This document shows positions 7,419 through 16,371 of a DNA stretch of 64,000 nt, piece after piece. Source of the DNA: Acholeplasmataceae bacterium. Lineage in GTDB: Bacteria; Bacillota_I; Bacilli_A; Acholeplasmatales; Acholeplasmataceae. Below the pieces are notes generated by a model. That model searched no databases. It was given only the letters and a program-made list of their open reading frames with translations, and was not told the origin of the DNA. A program made the translations under genes and the position numbers. The first letter of the stretch is position 1. Every line of letters begins with the position of its first letter. Location: the NCBI GenBank assembly GCA_963675245.1, contig OY775910.1:1152001-1216000 (forward strand), written 5' to 3'.

Positions 7419-9992
7419 ATGGCTATGATAAAAAGAATTAAACACATATTAAAAGGTATGAAAGAAACGATCCTGCATTTCGGATTGATTTCTTTAATTA
7501 TCATACCTGTTTTTATACTATTGAACACATTACTCTATATTGGCATTAATATACAAGAAGATATTATCAATACAAGTCTACAAGCATCTGCGAATAGTGA
7601 ATTAAGTAATATTACCTTATTTGTTAATGCACGTATTGATGCCCTTCATGATGATGTTCACGTGATCGTCAACGCGAATGAAACAAATGAATATTTACAT
7701 GACCAATCTATCAATAATCTTAACCAATATCAAGCGATGTTATATCGCATTATGGAGAGTAAAGAATCTTTTATTCATATCAATATCATCGAACCTACTG
7801 GTGATATAGTTTATGAGATTGAAAGACAATCTCATGAGATATTAACGACGACATCTGGTTATTTAGGTAGTATTGCATCTGAAGCATATTATCAATCAGT
7901 TTTAACGATGGATGAAGGTCAGATCTTTGTATCAACATTATATTTAAATGAAGGTCAACCGATGATGACCTATATTAAACCGCTTTATATGGATGATACA
8001 TTAATAACGATATTATCAATTGAAGTATCAGCCCATCAAATCTTATCTGTGATAGAAAATTATGCAGATGAGCATATTGATTTCTTACATATTGGTCTGA
8101 TCAATCATCACACATTATGGTCTTTTGATATGAACCAACAACTCATCATATTCACTGATTTAGAAGAAATTAATGCGATATTAAACCGAATTGATACAAA
8201 TGATTATACCATTTCAGAGATTATAGATTTTAACGATGAACAAAATCATTTTGTGACACTTGATGATAATGAATTGAACTTCTATGTAGACATGCATTAT
8301 CAAGAAGCCGTGAACGCGTCTAGTTATTATTTACTTAGATTCCCTTGGTTAATTGCCATCATCAACCTCGTGTTATTGGGTTTTATCAGTGTGATTGCTA
8401 ATCTCGTTAAATCAAGAAACGATGATAAGATTTTAACGAATGCGAATATCTATTTATCTGAACAAAGTAGTGACGCTGTTGTTGTTACGTCTTTTGACTC
8501 AAAGATTACTTATACGAATCAAGCGTTCTTAAGAAACTACGAATATCATCATGATGAGGTGATTCATCAAAATCTAGATGAGTTAATTAGTATGCCAGCA
8601 TTATATCCAAACTATGACAAATCATCTCAAAAAGAATACATTTATTTCAATTGGACAAAAACGAGATCAAACATTTATTTATTGAGACATTTACGTATTA
8701 AAAGAGAAAGTGCGGTTAGAAAGTCACGCAGACATTACATCTATGTTTATTCTGAACCGAAAATAGAACTAGATGATTATCAAAAATATATAACAAAGAA
8801 AGAAGAGACTTTAATTACGTTTAGATCGTTATTAGGTCTTGAACCACTCATCATCAATCAAACGATCGCGATTATGTTTAAACTGGATGAAACAGATACG
8901 ATTAAGTTTGCAGAATATATTATGTTGCATTGTCATGATATCAATATCGTTGCACAAGTGAAACATAATTATTTGTTACTCTATTTAAATCATGCAACAA
9001 AGTCATTTGAACAAATCATTGATGAACTTGAACTCTTACTTGAACGATATCGTTACCTACCGTATGTCGGTCAAGATTTCTCTCATCTGTTTGTGGCATC
9101 AAAAGCAGATGAGCATATCAACACCATTGACAAGCTCATGGATAGTTTAATCTTATCCTTAGAAATCGCGCGATCTAACCCACAAAACCCCCATGTCATC
9201 TATGATGAGCGTATGCATGAACAAATTGAACGTGAAAGAGAGATTAGAAACGAATTATTTAATGCGTTTACAAATGATGAGTTTTATATGGTTTATCAGC
9301 CACAGATGCACTTAAGAACAAAACGATTCTTTGGTGTTGAATCACTCTTGAGATGGCAAAATGAAAAACTTGGATTTATCTCACCTGCGGAATTTATTCC
9401 AATCATTGAAAACAGTTATTTTGTTAATCAATTAACGGCGATGGTCTTAAAGAAAGTCATTCGTGATTTTGAACCATATCGCAATCAACTACCAAAGAAG
9501 TTTAGAATATCTATTAATATCACGGCATTTGATTTTAAAGATTATGATATGGTCATGCATTTAATTGAAATCATTGAAGAAAGCGAGTTGCCAAGTGATC
9601 GGTTTATCTTTGAGATTACAGAAAGTCATTATATTGATAACATCGAAAAAACCAATCACATGGTTGATTTACTTCATGCAAAAGGTATTTTAATCGCGAT
9701 TGATGACTTTGGTACAGGATATTCATCCATCAATTCACTTAAATCAATTAAAATCGATTTAGTCAAACTTGATCGTTCATTCATTAAAGATTATCCAAAC
9801 GCGGATAATGGGGATATGGTTAAAACCATCATTAACTTAATTCATGGGTTAAAGAAAACAGTTATTGTGGAAGGGACTGAGACACAAGCACATATGGACT
9901 TCTGTGATGAAAATCATTGTGAGTATGTACAAGGGTATTATGTGTCTAAACCGGTCTCCATTAGTGAGGTAATGAAGATTATCACATCATGA
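7419..9992 (+). CDS. Membrane c-di-GMP phosphodiesterase paralog 1 (TM - Cache-like sensor - TM - PAS - degenerate GGDEF-like - EAL)
   Basis: Two TM helices flank a ~270-aa extracellular region. PAS-like DAVVVT..ITYTNQAF. EAL residues ESLLRW, SINI, FEITES, DDFGTGYSS, KLDRSF, EGTET, QGY. Start GTG 7416 or ATG 7419/7425. Confidence 0.9.
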   Translation: MAMIKRIKHILKGMKETILHFGLISLIIIPVFILLNTLLYIGINIQEDIINTSLQASANSELSNITLFVNARIDALHDDVHVIVNANETNEYLHDQSINNLNQYQAMLYRIMESKESFIHINIIEPTGDIVYEIERQSHEILTTTSGYLGSIASEAYYQSVLTMDEGQIFVSTLYLNEGQPMMTYIKPLYMDDTLITILSIEVSAHQILSVIENYADEHIDFLHIGLINHHTLWSFDMNQQLIIFTDLEEINAILNRIDTNDYTISEIIDFNDEQNHFVTLDDNELNFYVDMHYQEAVNASSYYLLRFPWLIAIINLVLLGFISVIANLVKSRNDDKILTNANIYLSEQSSDAVVVTSFDSKITYTNQAFLRNYEYHHDEVIHQNLDELISMPALYPNYDKSSQKEYIYFNWTKTRSNIYLLRHLRIKRESAVRKSRRHYIYVYSEPKIELDDYQKYITKKEETLITFRSLLGLEPLIINQTIAIMFKLDETDTIKFAEYIMLHCHDINIVAQVKHNYLLLYLNHATKSFEQIIDELELLLERYRYLPYVGQDFSHLFVASKADEHINTIDKLMDSLILSLEIARSNPQNPHVIYDERMHEQIEREREIRNELFNAFTNDEFYMVYQPQMHLRTKRFFGVESLLRWQNEKLGFISPAEFIPIIENSYFVNQLTAMVLKKVIRDFEPYRNQLPKKFRISINITAFDFKDYDMVMHLIEIIEESELPSDRFIFEITESHYIDNIEKTNHMVDLLHAKGILIAIDDFGTGYSSINSLKSIKIDLVKLDRSFIKDYPNADNGDMVKTIINLIHGLKKTVIVEGTETQAHMDFCDENHCEYVQGYYVSKPVSISEVMKIITS

Positions 9993-10032
9993 CCATTTTG
10001 AAAACATTTACATGTTTGAAAGTGGTCTTTTT
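9991..10032 (+). terminator. Rho-independent terminator
   Basis: GACCATTTT..AAACAT/ATGTTT..AAAGTGGTC stem followed by T5. Confidence 0.7.
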
Positions 10033-10106
10033 CTTTTGTTAGTTCATCAAAAGTGGTATACTACTAGAGGTTAATACATATGATATATGTAAGGAGTTAA
10101 TATAAA

Positions 10107-11528
10107 ATGATTAGAAAAACAAAGATTATTTGTACAGTAGGTCCATCGATTGATACAAAAGAAATGTTAAGTAACATGATTGATGCAGGTATGAACGTTG
10201 CACGTTTAAACTTTAGCCATGCAGATCACGCGGAACATTTAGCACGTATTGAAAATATTAGAGAACTCAATGCAGAAAAAAACACGTATATTGGTATCTT
10301 AGCAGATACAAAAGGTCCGGAAATCAGAGTCGGACAAATGGATGGTGTTGTGCCATTTAAGACAGGTGATATTGTTGAAATTTCTAAGGAACCAGTTTTA
10401 GGAACCAACAAGAAATTCCACATTGATGTCCCTGAATTATTTGATGATTTACTCCCAGGACAATTCATCTTAGTTGATGATGGTAAAATCAAATTTGAAG
10501 TCTTAAGTGTCAATACAGATATCATCACTGTTAAAACGTTAAATCCAGGCGTTATTAAAACAAAGAAAGGCGTTAACGTACCAAACGTTAAATTATCCAT
10601 GCCTTTCGTTTCTGAAAAAGATAGAGCAGACATTTTATTCGTTGCTGAACAAAACGTCGATGTCATCGCTTTATCATTTGTTAGACGCGCTGAAGATGTC
10701 GTTGAAGTGCGTGAGATCTTAAAATCAGTTGGTAAAGATAAAATTGAACTCATCGCTAAAATTGAAAACCAAGAAGGCATGGATAATTTAGCAGCTATCT
10801 TAGAAGTCGCTGATGGTATTATGGTGGCTCGTGGTGATTTAGGCGTTGAAGTATCGACACAACTCGTTCCAATCTATCAAAAGAAGATGATTCGTCTTGC
10901 CAATGAAATTGGTAAACCAGTTATCACAGCCACACATATGTTAGAATCAATGATGGCTAATCCACGTCCAACACGTGCCGAAGCGAGTGATGTTGCTAAC
11001 GCGATTTTAGATGGTAGTGACGCCATTATGTTAAGTGGTGAATCAGCAGCTGGTGATTACCCAATTGAAGCGGTTCAAACCATGGATACGATCGCATTAG
11101 CGATTGAACCAACCCTTCCTTATGAATCACGTTTAAAAAGAGCACAACATATTGCTAATCCGACAATTAATGACGCGATTGGTATTGCCGTCTCACAAGC
11201 GGCGTTATCGTTACCTACAGCGGATGTCATCGTTGCCTTCACTGAAACAGGTGGAACGGCTAAACGTATTAGTCGCTTTAGACCAGCAGATCCAATTATC
11301 GCTGTAACAAACGATAAATCAACATGTACAAGATTATCATACTATTGGGGTGTCACAGCTTACTATTCTCCAAAAGTAAGTGACTTCACATCATATGATG
11401 ATGTTGCCATTAAAGTCGCTAAAGAATATGGTTATAAGCCAGGCACAACCGTTATTACAACATCAGGTTATGCACAAAAGCATGGGGCGACCAATACATT
11501 ACGTATTATTGAAATCCCACAACCATAA
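10107..11528 (+). CDS. pyk: Pyruvate kinase
   Basis: RKTKIICTVGP, ARLNFSH, DTKGPEIR, IAKIEN, DGIMVARGDLGVE, PRPTRAEASDV, MLSGESAAG. Confidence 0.97.
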   Translation: MIRKTKIICTVGPSIDTKEMLSNMIDAGMNVARLNFSHADHAEHLARIENIRELNAEKNTYIGILADTKGPEIRVGQMDGVVPFKTGDIVEISKEPVLGTNKKFHIDVPELFDDLLPGQFILVDDGKIKFEVLSVNTDIITVKTLNPGVIKTKKGVNVPNVKLSMPFVSEKDRADILFVAEQNVDVIALSFVRRAEDVVEVREILKSVGKDKIELIAKIENQEGMDNLAAILEVADGIMVARGDLGVEVSTQLVPIYQKKMIRLANEIGKPVITATHMLESMMANPRPTRAEASDVANAILDGSDAIMLSGESAAGDYPIEAVQTMDTIALAIEPTLPYESRLKRAQHIANPTINDAIGIAVSQAALSLPTADVIVAFTETGGTAKRISRFRPADPIIAVTNDKSTCTRLSYYWGVTAYYSPKVSDFTSYDDVAIKVAKEYGYKPGTTVITTSGYAQKHGATNTLRIIEIPQP

Positions 11529-11558
11529 ATCATTTAAATCAATTTTTTATAAACAGTC

Positions 11559-11591
11559 ATAGGACATGCTTTCACAGCATGTCCTATTTTT
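11559..11591 (+). terminator. pyk terminator
   Basis: Perfect 12-bp stem ATAGGACATGCT-TTCAC-AGCATGTCCTAT plus T run. Confidence 0.85.
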
Positions 11592-11599
11592 GGTATAAT
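11571..11599 (+). promoter_or_regulatory. Promoter of second EAL gene, overlapping the pyk terminator
   Basis: TTCACA (11571-11576), 17-nt spacer, extended -10 TGgTATAAT (11591-11599). Confidence 0.65.
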
Positions 11600-11629
11600 A
11601 CATATATAGATTGTTTCCTGGGGTTTGCT

Positions 11630-14218
11630 ATGAAACATAAAATCGTCAAATTTTTTATTAATCTAAAAATGCTATTTATCCAACTGGGATGGTTGCTCGC
11701 GATTGTCATTCCACTTTTTGTGTTTATCAACTGGGCGATTTTTACGATTGTTGATACACAAAAAGATACCATTAAAGAACGCTTATATATCTCTGCTGAA
11801 AAAGAACTTCAAAATATTGATTTATTTGTTAATACACGTTTAACATTTGTCCATGATGATATTCATGTCATTGAAAATGCCGATGAAACACATTTATATT
11901 TAGAAGATCCAACTCATGTAAACACGGAATCTTATCAACAATTGATTTATCGTATCGCTTTAAGCAAACCGTCATTTATCAATATGATGATGATGGATGT
12001 CAATGGTGATATTTTATATCAAGTTTCACGAGATGAAGATGAACAAGCTGTCGTTGTTACAGGAACGTTAGGAAGTTTATATAACGCGCTTCATTTTTCT
12101 GTCATTGAATCAATGGACACATCAAAAACCTACTTGTCAGAATTATATTTAAAAGACGGGAAACCCATCTTAACATTTGTCAAACCAATGGTTTATAATG
12201 ATGTGTTACAATCTTATCTCGTCATTGATTATGATGCCAATGACTTAACCTCAGTTTTAGAATTATACACCACAGATGAAGAAGATTACTTTGAATTTGG
12301 GTTTATGAATGACGCTGCAATTTGGCTTGTTAACGATACGTCTTTTTCATTAATGAGAAATGAAGATTTAGCCTATCGAGAAAATTTACTTGATAAAATA
12401 CTTCAAAATAGTGAAGTCGTTGTCAAATATTTTTCTTTTGACAATGAAGATCATCATTTCTTTGTGGAACAAACAAATTCACTCAGATTTTATATTATGC
12501 TTGATATTAACGCAGCCATTAATGATAGTGAATCTGTTTTTATTAGAAATGCACAATGGATTGCTGTATCAACCAATTTAATTGCAGGTGTATTAATCAG
12601 TTTTATTGCTTATATGCTTAGTGTCCGTAAAGATGATCGCTTACTCATTAATGCGAATATGTATCTTACTGTCCAAAATGAAGATAGTATCGTTATCATT
12701 GATAAAAGCTTAAGAATCATTTATATCAACCCTGCATTTGAGAAGATGTTTGGATATCATTTAAAAGATATATATCTCAAAAAGATTGTTCCAACCATCG
12801 GGGTACCTTACTTACCACTTAGATTTGATTTTAAGAAGATAAAAGAATATGACGATCATACGTGGCATATGACGAAATCAGGGATCTATTTATTACTGTA
12901 TTTAAGAGTGAAACAAGAAGCGTCAATTGTTGGTAGAAATAAACACTTCATTGGTATTCATTCCAATTCACAAATCGTCTTAGATGATTATAAACTATAT
13001 GCGAAAAACACGAGTTTCACCATGGATCCACTATTCCGGCTTTTTGAAACATTACCATTCGATGAACAACAATCCACGATGTTTTTCATTAAAACCATGG
13101 AAACAGATACCTATCATTTTGCTGATTTCATTAAAAAGCATGTCAAAAGTGATTATGTCATCACTGTTTTAAAATCTAACTTTGTGCTTATTTACGCGCG
13201 CATCAAACATGATCAGTTTATCCATGCAGTTACCCATATCGATAATCTGATTGAAACATATAGTTCATTACCTGATATAAGTAACAATTTCAGCCGAACA
13301 TTTGTCGTTGCACGTGCCAGTCATACGTTGAGTAGAATCAATCTTTTGATTGAAGCAGCACTGGTCAGTATGAGTTATGCAAAAGAACGTAAACATGTCA
13401 GATATTTCATTTACTCAGAAAAAATCAAACAACATGTGATTAGGGACTATCATATTGAAAAAGAATTATCAAAGGGTTTTAAAGAACATGAATTCTATTT
13501 AGAATACCAAGTCGTTAAAGATGTGAAACAAAACAGGTTCATTGGGGCAGAGGCATTACTCAGATGGCATAATAAACATTTAGGACAAGTATCACCAGCT
13601 GAATTTCTTCCTGTGATTGAGAACAGTATTTATATTAATAAATTATCACTGATGGTATTAAGTATTGCTATCTTTGATTTTGAACAGATGGTATCAGAAT
13701 TTAATGAAGATTTTAAAATCTCAATTAATCTTTCTCAATTTGATTTAAACAATGATTATATCATTGAACAAATGATGTTTAAAATTAATCAAAGTAATCT
13801 CACACCTGCACATTTCGTTTTTGAAATGACTGAAAATCAAATCATTAACAATCTGGAAAGAACGAAACAAACCATCGATGAATTACATCGACATGGTATA
13901 GAGGTAGCTGTGGATGACTTTGGTACTGGATACACATCCATTCATTTATTAAAGTCAATCAATGCCGATTATATTAAGATTGATAAACAATATATTAAAA
14001 ACTATCCTTCCGAAGATAATGGTCGGATGTTGGATACGTTCATTGATCTCATTCATCGCTTTGATAAACCGATTGTCATTGAAGGTGTTGAGACAAAAGC
14101 ACATATTGATTATTGTGTGAAACATCATTGTGAGTATGCACAAGGATACTATATTGCAAGACCGATGAATGCTGAGTCATTCAAAGAAAAGTTTAAACAA
14201 ACGAAAGGGGTTAAATGA
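11630..14218 (+). CDS. Membrane c-di-GMP phosphodiesterase paralog 2 (sensor-PAS-degenerate GGDEF-like-EAL)
   Basis: Same architecture as paralog 1. EALLRW, SINLS, FEMTE, DDFGTGY, KIDKQ, EGVET, QGY. ATG 11630 chosen because 11579 lies inside the terminator/promoter. Confidence 0.9.
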   Translation: MKHKIVKFFINLKMLFIQLGWLLAIVIPLFVFINWAIFTIVDTQKDTIKERLYISAEKELQNIDLFVNTRLTFVHDDIHVIENADETHLYLEDPTHVNTESYQQLIYRIALSKPSFINMMMMDVNGDILYQVSRDEDEQAVVVTGTLGSLYNALHFSVIESMDTSKTYLSELYLKDGKPILTFVKPMVYNDVLQSYLVIDYDANDLTSVLELYTTDEEDYFEFGFMNDAAIWLVNDTSFSLMRNEDLAYRENLLDKILQNSEVVVKYFSFDNEDHHFFVEQTNSLRFYIMLDINAAINDSESVFIRNAQWIAVSTNLIAGVLISFIAYMLSVRKDDRLLINANMYLTVQNEDSIVIIDKSLRIIYINPAFEKMFGYHLKDIYLKKIVPTIGVPYLPLRFDFKKIKEYDDHTWHMTKSGIYLLLYLRVKQEASIVGRNKHFIGIHSNSQIVLDDYKLYAKNTSFTMDPLFRLFETLPFDEQQSTMFFIKTMETDTYHFADFIKKHVKSDYVITVLKSNFVLIYARIKHDQFIHAVTHIDNLIETYSSLPDISNNFSRTFVVARASHTLSRINLLIEAALVSMSYAKERKHVRYFIYSEKIKQHVIRDYHIEKELSKGFKEHEFYLEYQVVKDVKQNRFIGAEALLRWHNKHLGQVSPAEFLPVIENSIYINKLSLMVLSIAIFDFEQMVSEFNEDFKISINLSQFDLNNDYIIEQMMFKINQSNLTPAHFVFEMTENQIINNLERTKQTIDELHRHGIEVAVDDFGTGYTSIHLLKSINADYIKIDKQYIKNYPSEDNGRMLDTFIDLIHRFDKPIVIEGVETKAHIDYCVKHHCEYAQGYYIARPMNAESFKEKFKQTKGVK

Positions 14219-14234
14219 TAACCCCTTTTTGTTT
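14204..14234 (+). terminator. Rho-independent terminator overlapping the stop codon
   Basis: AAAGGGGTTA-AATGA-TAACCCCTTT plus TT. Confidence 0.75.
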
Positions 14235-14282
14235 GAAATTCAAAATAAATGTGCTATTATAGGTTTAATGGAGGAAATACAT

Positions 14283-15011
14283 ATGCAAAAATTAAGAGAA
14301 AACAGCACATTTTTACCCCTATCTTTAATCGCTATTTTTACATTATTAATGATTTTTGATCGTATTGGATTAAATTCAACAGAAGGTTATATTTATCAGT
14401 TAGTACTGGCGTTATTCGCGTTAACCTACATTACAGGACATGGGAAGAAACCACGTCATGTTGTCAGTATTATGCTAGGTTTTTTATTTTGCTTTATAGG
14501 TGATTTATTCTTAGCAGGTGCATTCAAAGACTTTATTGATAGTGGTTTAAGAATGCCTTTAGGGATGGCAGGATTCTTTTTAGGTCACATCTGGTGGTTT
14601 ATATCACTCTTGCAATACAAAGAGAAATATGAGCTAAAAAGAACGCTTATTGTCTTTGTTGTTGTATATGTTCTGATTTTTATCGTTTGGTTATTGTTAG
14701 TGAATAATCCAGATAACAGTTTCTTATCAATATTGGCATTGCTTTACTCTTGGGGGATTGCTGCACCATTCGCGTTAAGCGTGTCTATGGTAAAGACAGT
14801 CAAACCATATGCCTATTTGATTATTGGTTATGCGAATCTCATCTTCAGTGATACTTTAATCGCTGTCAGAGATATCAAAGGTTTAGATCCATTTGGTGGT
14901 TGGCATGATGATATCGTTTGGTGGACTTATTTAGTAGGAATTTCAGCGATAACATATTTCTTTGTGATTTATAAAAAAGCGTTTGATAGTGATATGCAAA
15001 TTAAATCTTAA
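14283..15011 (+). CDS. YhhN/lysoplasmalogenase family membrane protein
   Basis: Multi-TM protein with GFLFCFIGDLFL, GMAGFFLGHIW, FSDTLIA, WWTY. SD GGAGG precedes ATG 14283. Confidence 0.75.
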   Translation: MQKLRENSTFLPLSLIAIFTLLMIFDRIGLNSTEGYIYQLVLALFALTYITGHGKKPRHVVSIMLGFLFCFIGDLFLAGAFKDFIDSGLRMPLGMAGFFLGHIWWFISLLQYKEKYELKRTLIVFVVVYVLIFIVWLLLVNNPDNSFLSILALLYSWGIAAPFALSVSMVKTVKPYAYLIIGYANLIFSDTLIAVRDIKGLDPFGGWHDDIVWWTYLVGISAITYFFVIYKKAFDSDMQIKS

Positions 15012-15016
15012 TGATC

Positions 15017-15049
15017 AAAAGAACTCATTCAATCATGAGTTCTTTTTTT
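15017..15049 (+). terminator. Rho-independent terminator
   Basis: AAAAGAACTCAT-TCAATC-ATGAGTTCTTTT plus T run. Confidence 0.8.
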
Positions 15050-15094
15050 CTCTCGATTATGATACAATATGTTTATGGTTTTTAAAGGAGGAAT

Positions 15095-16333
15095 ATGATG
15101 CCAAAACAAGAACTTATTAAAGAGTTAGCAAAACTAGCCGTTAAGGTTGGTGTGAATGTCCAAAAAGGACAAACGTTAGTTGTAAGATCAACAACTGATA
15201 CAGCAGACATGGCGCGTGCAGTTGCACATGAAGCATACGCTGCTGGTGCAGGTGAAGTACGTATGATCTGGCAAGATCCATATATTTCACATGACGCACT
15301 TATTTATAGAAGTGCTGAAGATTTAGCAAACATTCATGATTCATTTGTTGAGATGTATCATGAGATTATCGATGCAGGTGCATGCTTAGTCGCGATTGTC
15401 TCACCAGTCCCAGGACTCAATAGTGATACAGATCCAGAAAAGTCACATGCCATCATGAAAGCGACACAAGAAAAATTAGGCTTTTATCGAGAATACACCA
15501 TGGGTAGTAAAGGTCAATGGACCATTATTGGAGCACCTAACGTGCATTGGGCAGAAAAAGTATTTCCTAATCTAAAAGGTGATGAAGCAGTAGAAGCTTT
15601 ATATCAAGCGATTTTTGAAACATCACGTGTTCGTGAAGGTGAATCAGCTGTTGCTAATTGGGATAGACATAATGCGCAATTACTCGCACATAATGAGATT
15701 TTAAATAACCATAACTTTAAAGAACTACATTTTAAAAATAACTTAGGTACAGATTTAGTTGTTGGTTTAGTCAAAAATCACCGTTGGGCTGGTGGTGGTG
15801 AAAATACCACAACTGGTGTTTACTACAATCCTAATATCCCAACTGAAGAAAACTTCACGATGCCATCAACCACCAATGTCCACGGTAAAGTCGTCGCGAC
15901 CAAACCACTTGATTATCAAGGTCGTTTAATCGATGGATTCTGGTTAGAATTTAAAGATGGTAAAGTCATAGATTTTGATGCGAAAGCAGAAAAAGAAACC
16001 TTACAAAAATTACTTGATACTGATGAAGGTTCAAGACGCATTGGTGAAATTGCGTTAATTAGTGATGATTCACCTATCTCAAATACAGGCTTACTCTTCT
16101 ATAACACCCTTTATGATGAAAATGCCTCTTGTCATATGGCATTAGGTCGTGCCTATCCGATGAATGTTAAAGGTGGTCTAGATATGAGCCAAGAAGAATT
16201 AAACGCAGCAGGTGCGAATCATTCAATGGTTCACGTGGATTTCATGTTTGGTTCTCCAGATATGGAAATTACAGGGATTACCCAAGATGGTCAAGCTGTC
16301 GCGGTATTTAAAAAAGGAAATTTTGTAATCTAA
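15095..16333 (+). CDS. ampS: M29 family aminopeptidase (AmpS/AmpT-like)
   Basis: VGVNVQKGQ, NIPTEENFT, GEIAL, LYDENASCHMALGRAY, HSMVHVDFMFG. Confidence 0.92.
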   Translation: MMPKQELIKELAKLAVKVGVNVQKGQTLVVRSTTDTADMARAVAHEAYAAGAGEVRMIWQDPYISHDALIYRSAEDLANIHDSFVEMYHEIIDAGACLVAIVSPVPGLNSDTDPEKSHAIMKATQEKLGFYREYTMGSKGQWTIIGAPNVHWAEKVFPNLKGDEAVEALYQAIFETSRVREGESAVANWDRHNAQLLAHNEILNNHNFKELHFKNNLGTDLVVGLVKNHRWAGGGENTTTGVYYNPNIPTEENFTMPSTTNVHGKVVATKPLDYQGRLIDGFWLEFKDGKVIDFDAKAEKETLQKLLDTDEGSRRIGEIALISDDSPISNTGLLFYNTLYDENASCHMALGRAYPMNVKGGLDMSQEELNAAGANHSMVHVDFMFGSPDMEITGITQDGQAVAVFKKGNFVI

Positions 16334-16371
16334 AAAATAAGGACTAACAGTCTAACTGTCAGTCCTTTTTC
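16334..16371. terminator. Probable bidirectional terminator between ampS and EAL paralog 3
   Basis: AAGGACT-A-ACAG..CTGT-C-AGTCCTT stem flanked by A and T runs, between convergent genes. Confidence 0.65.
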
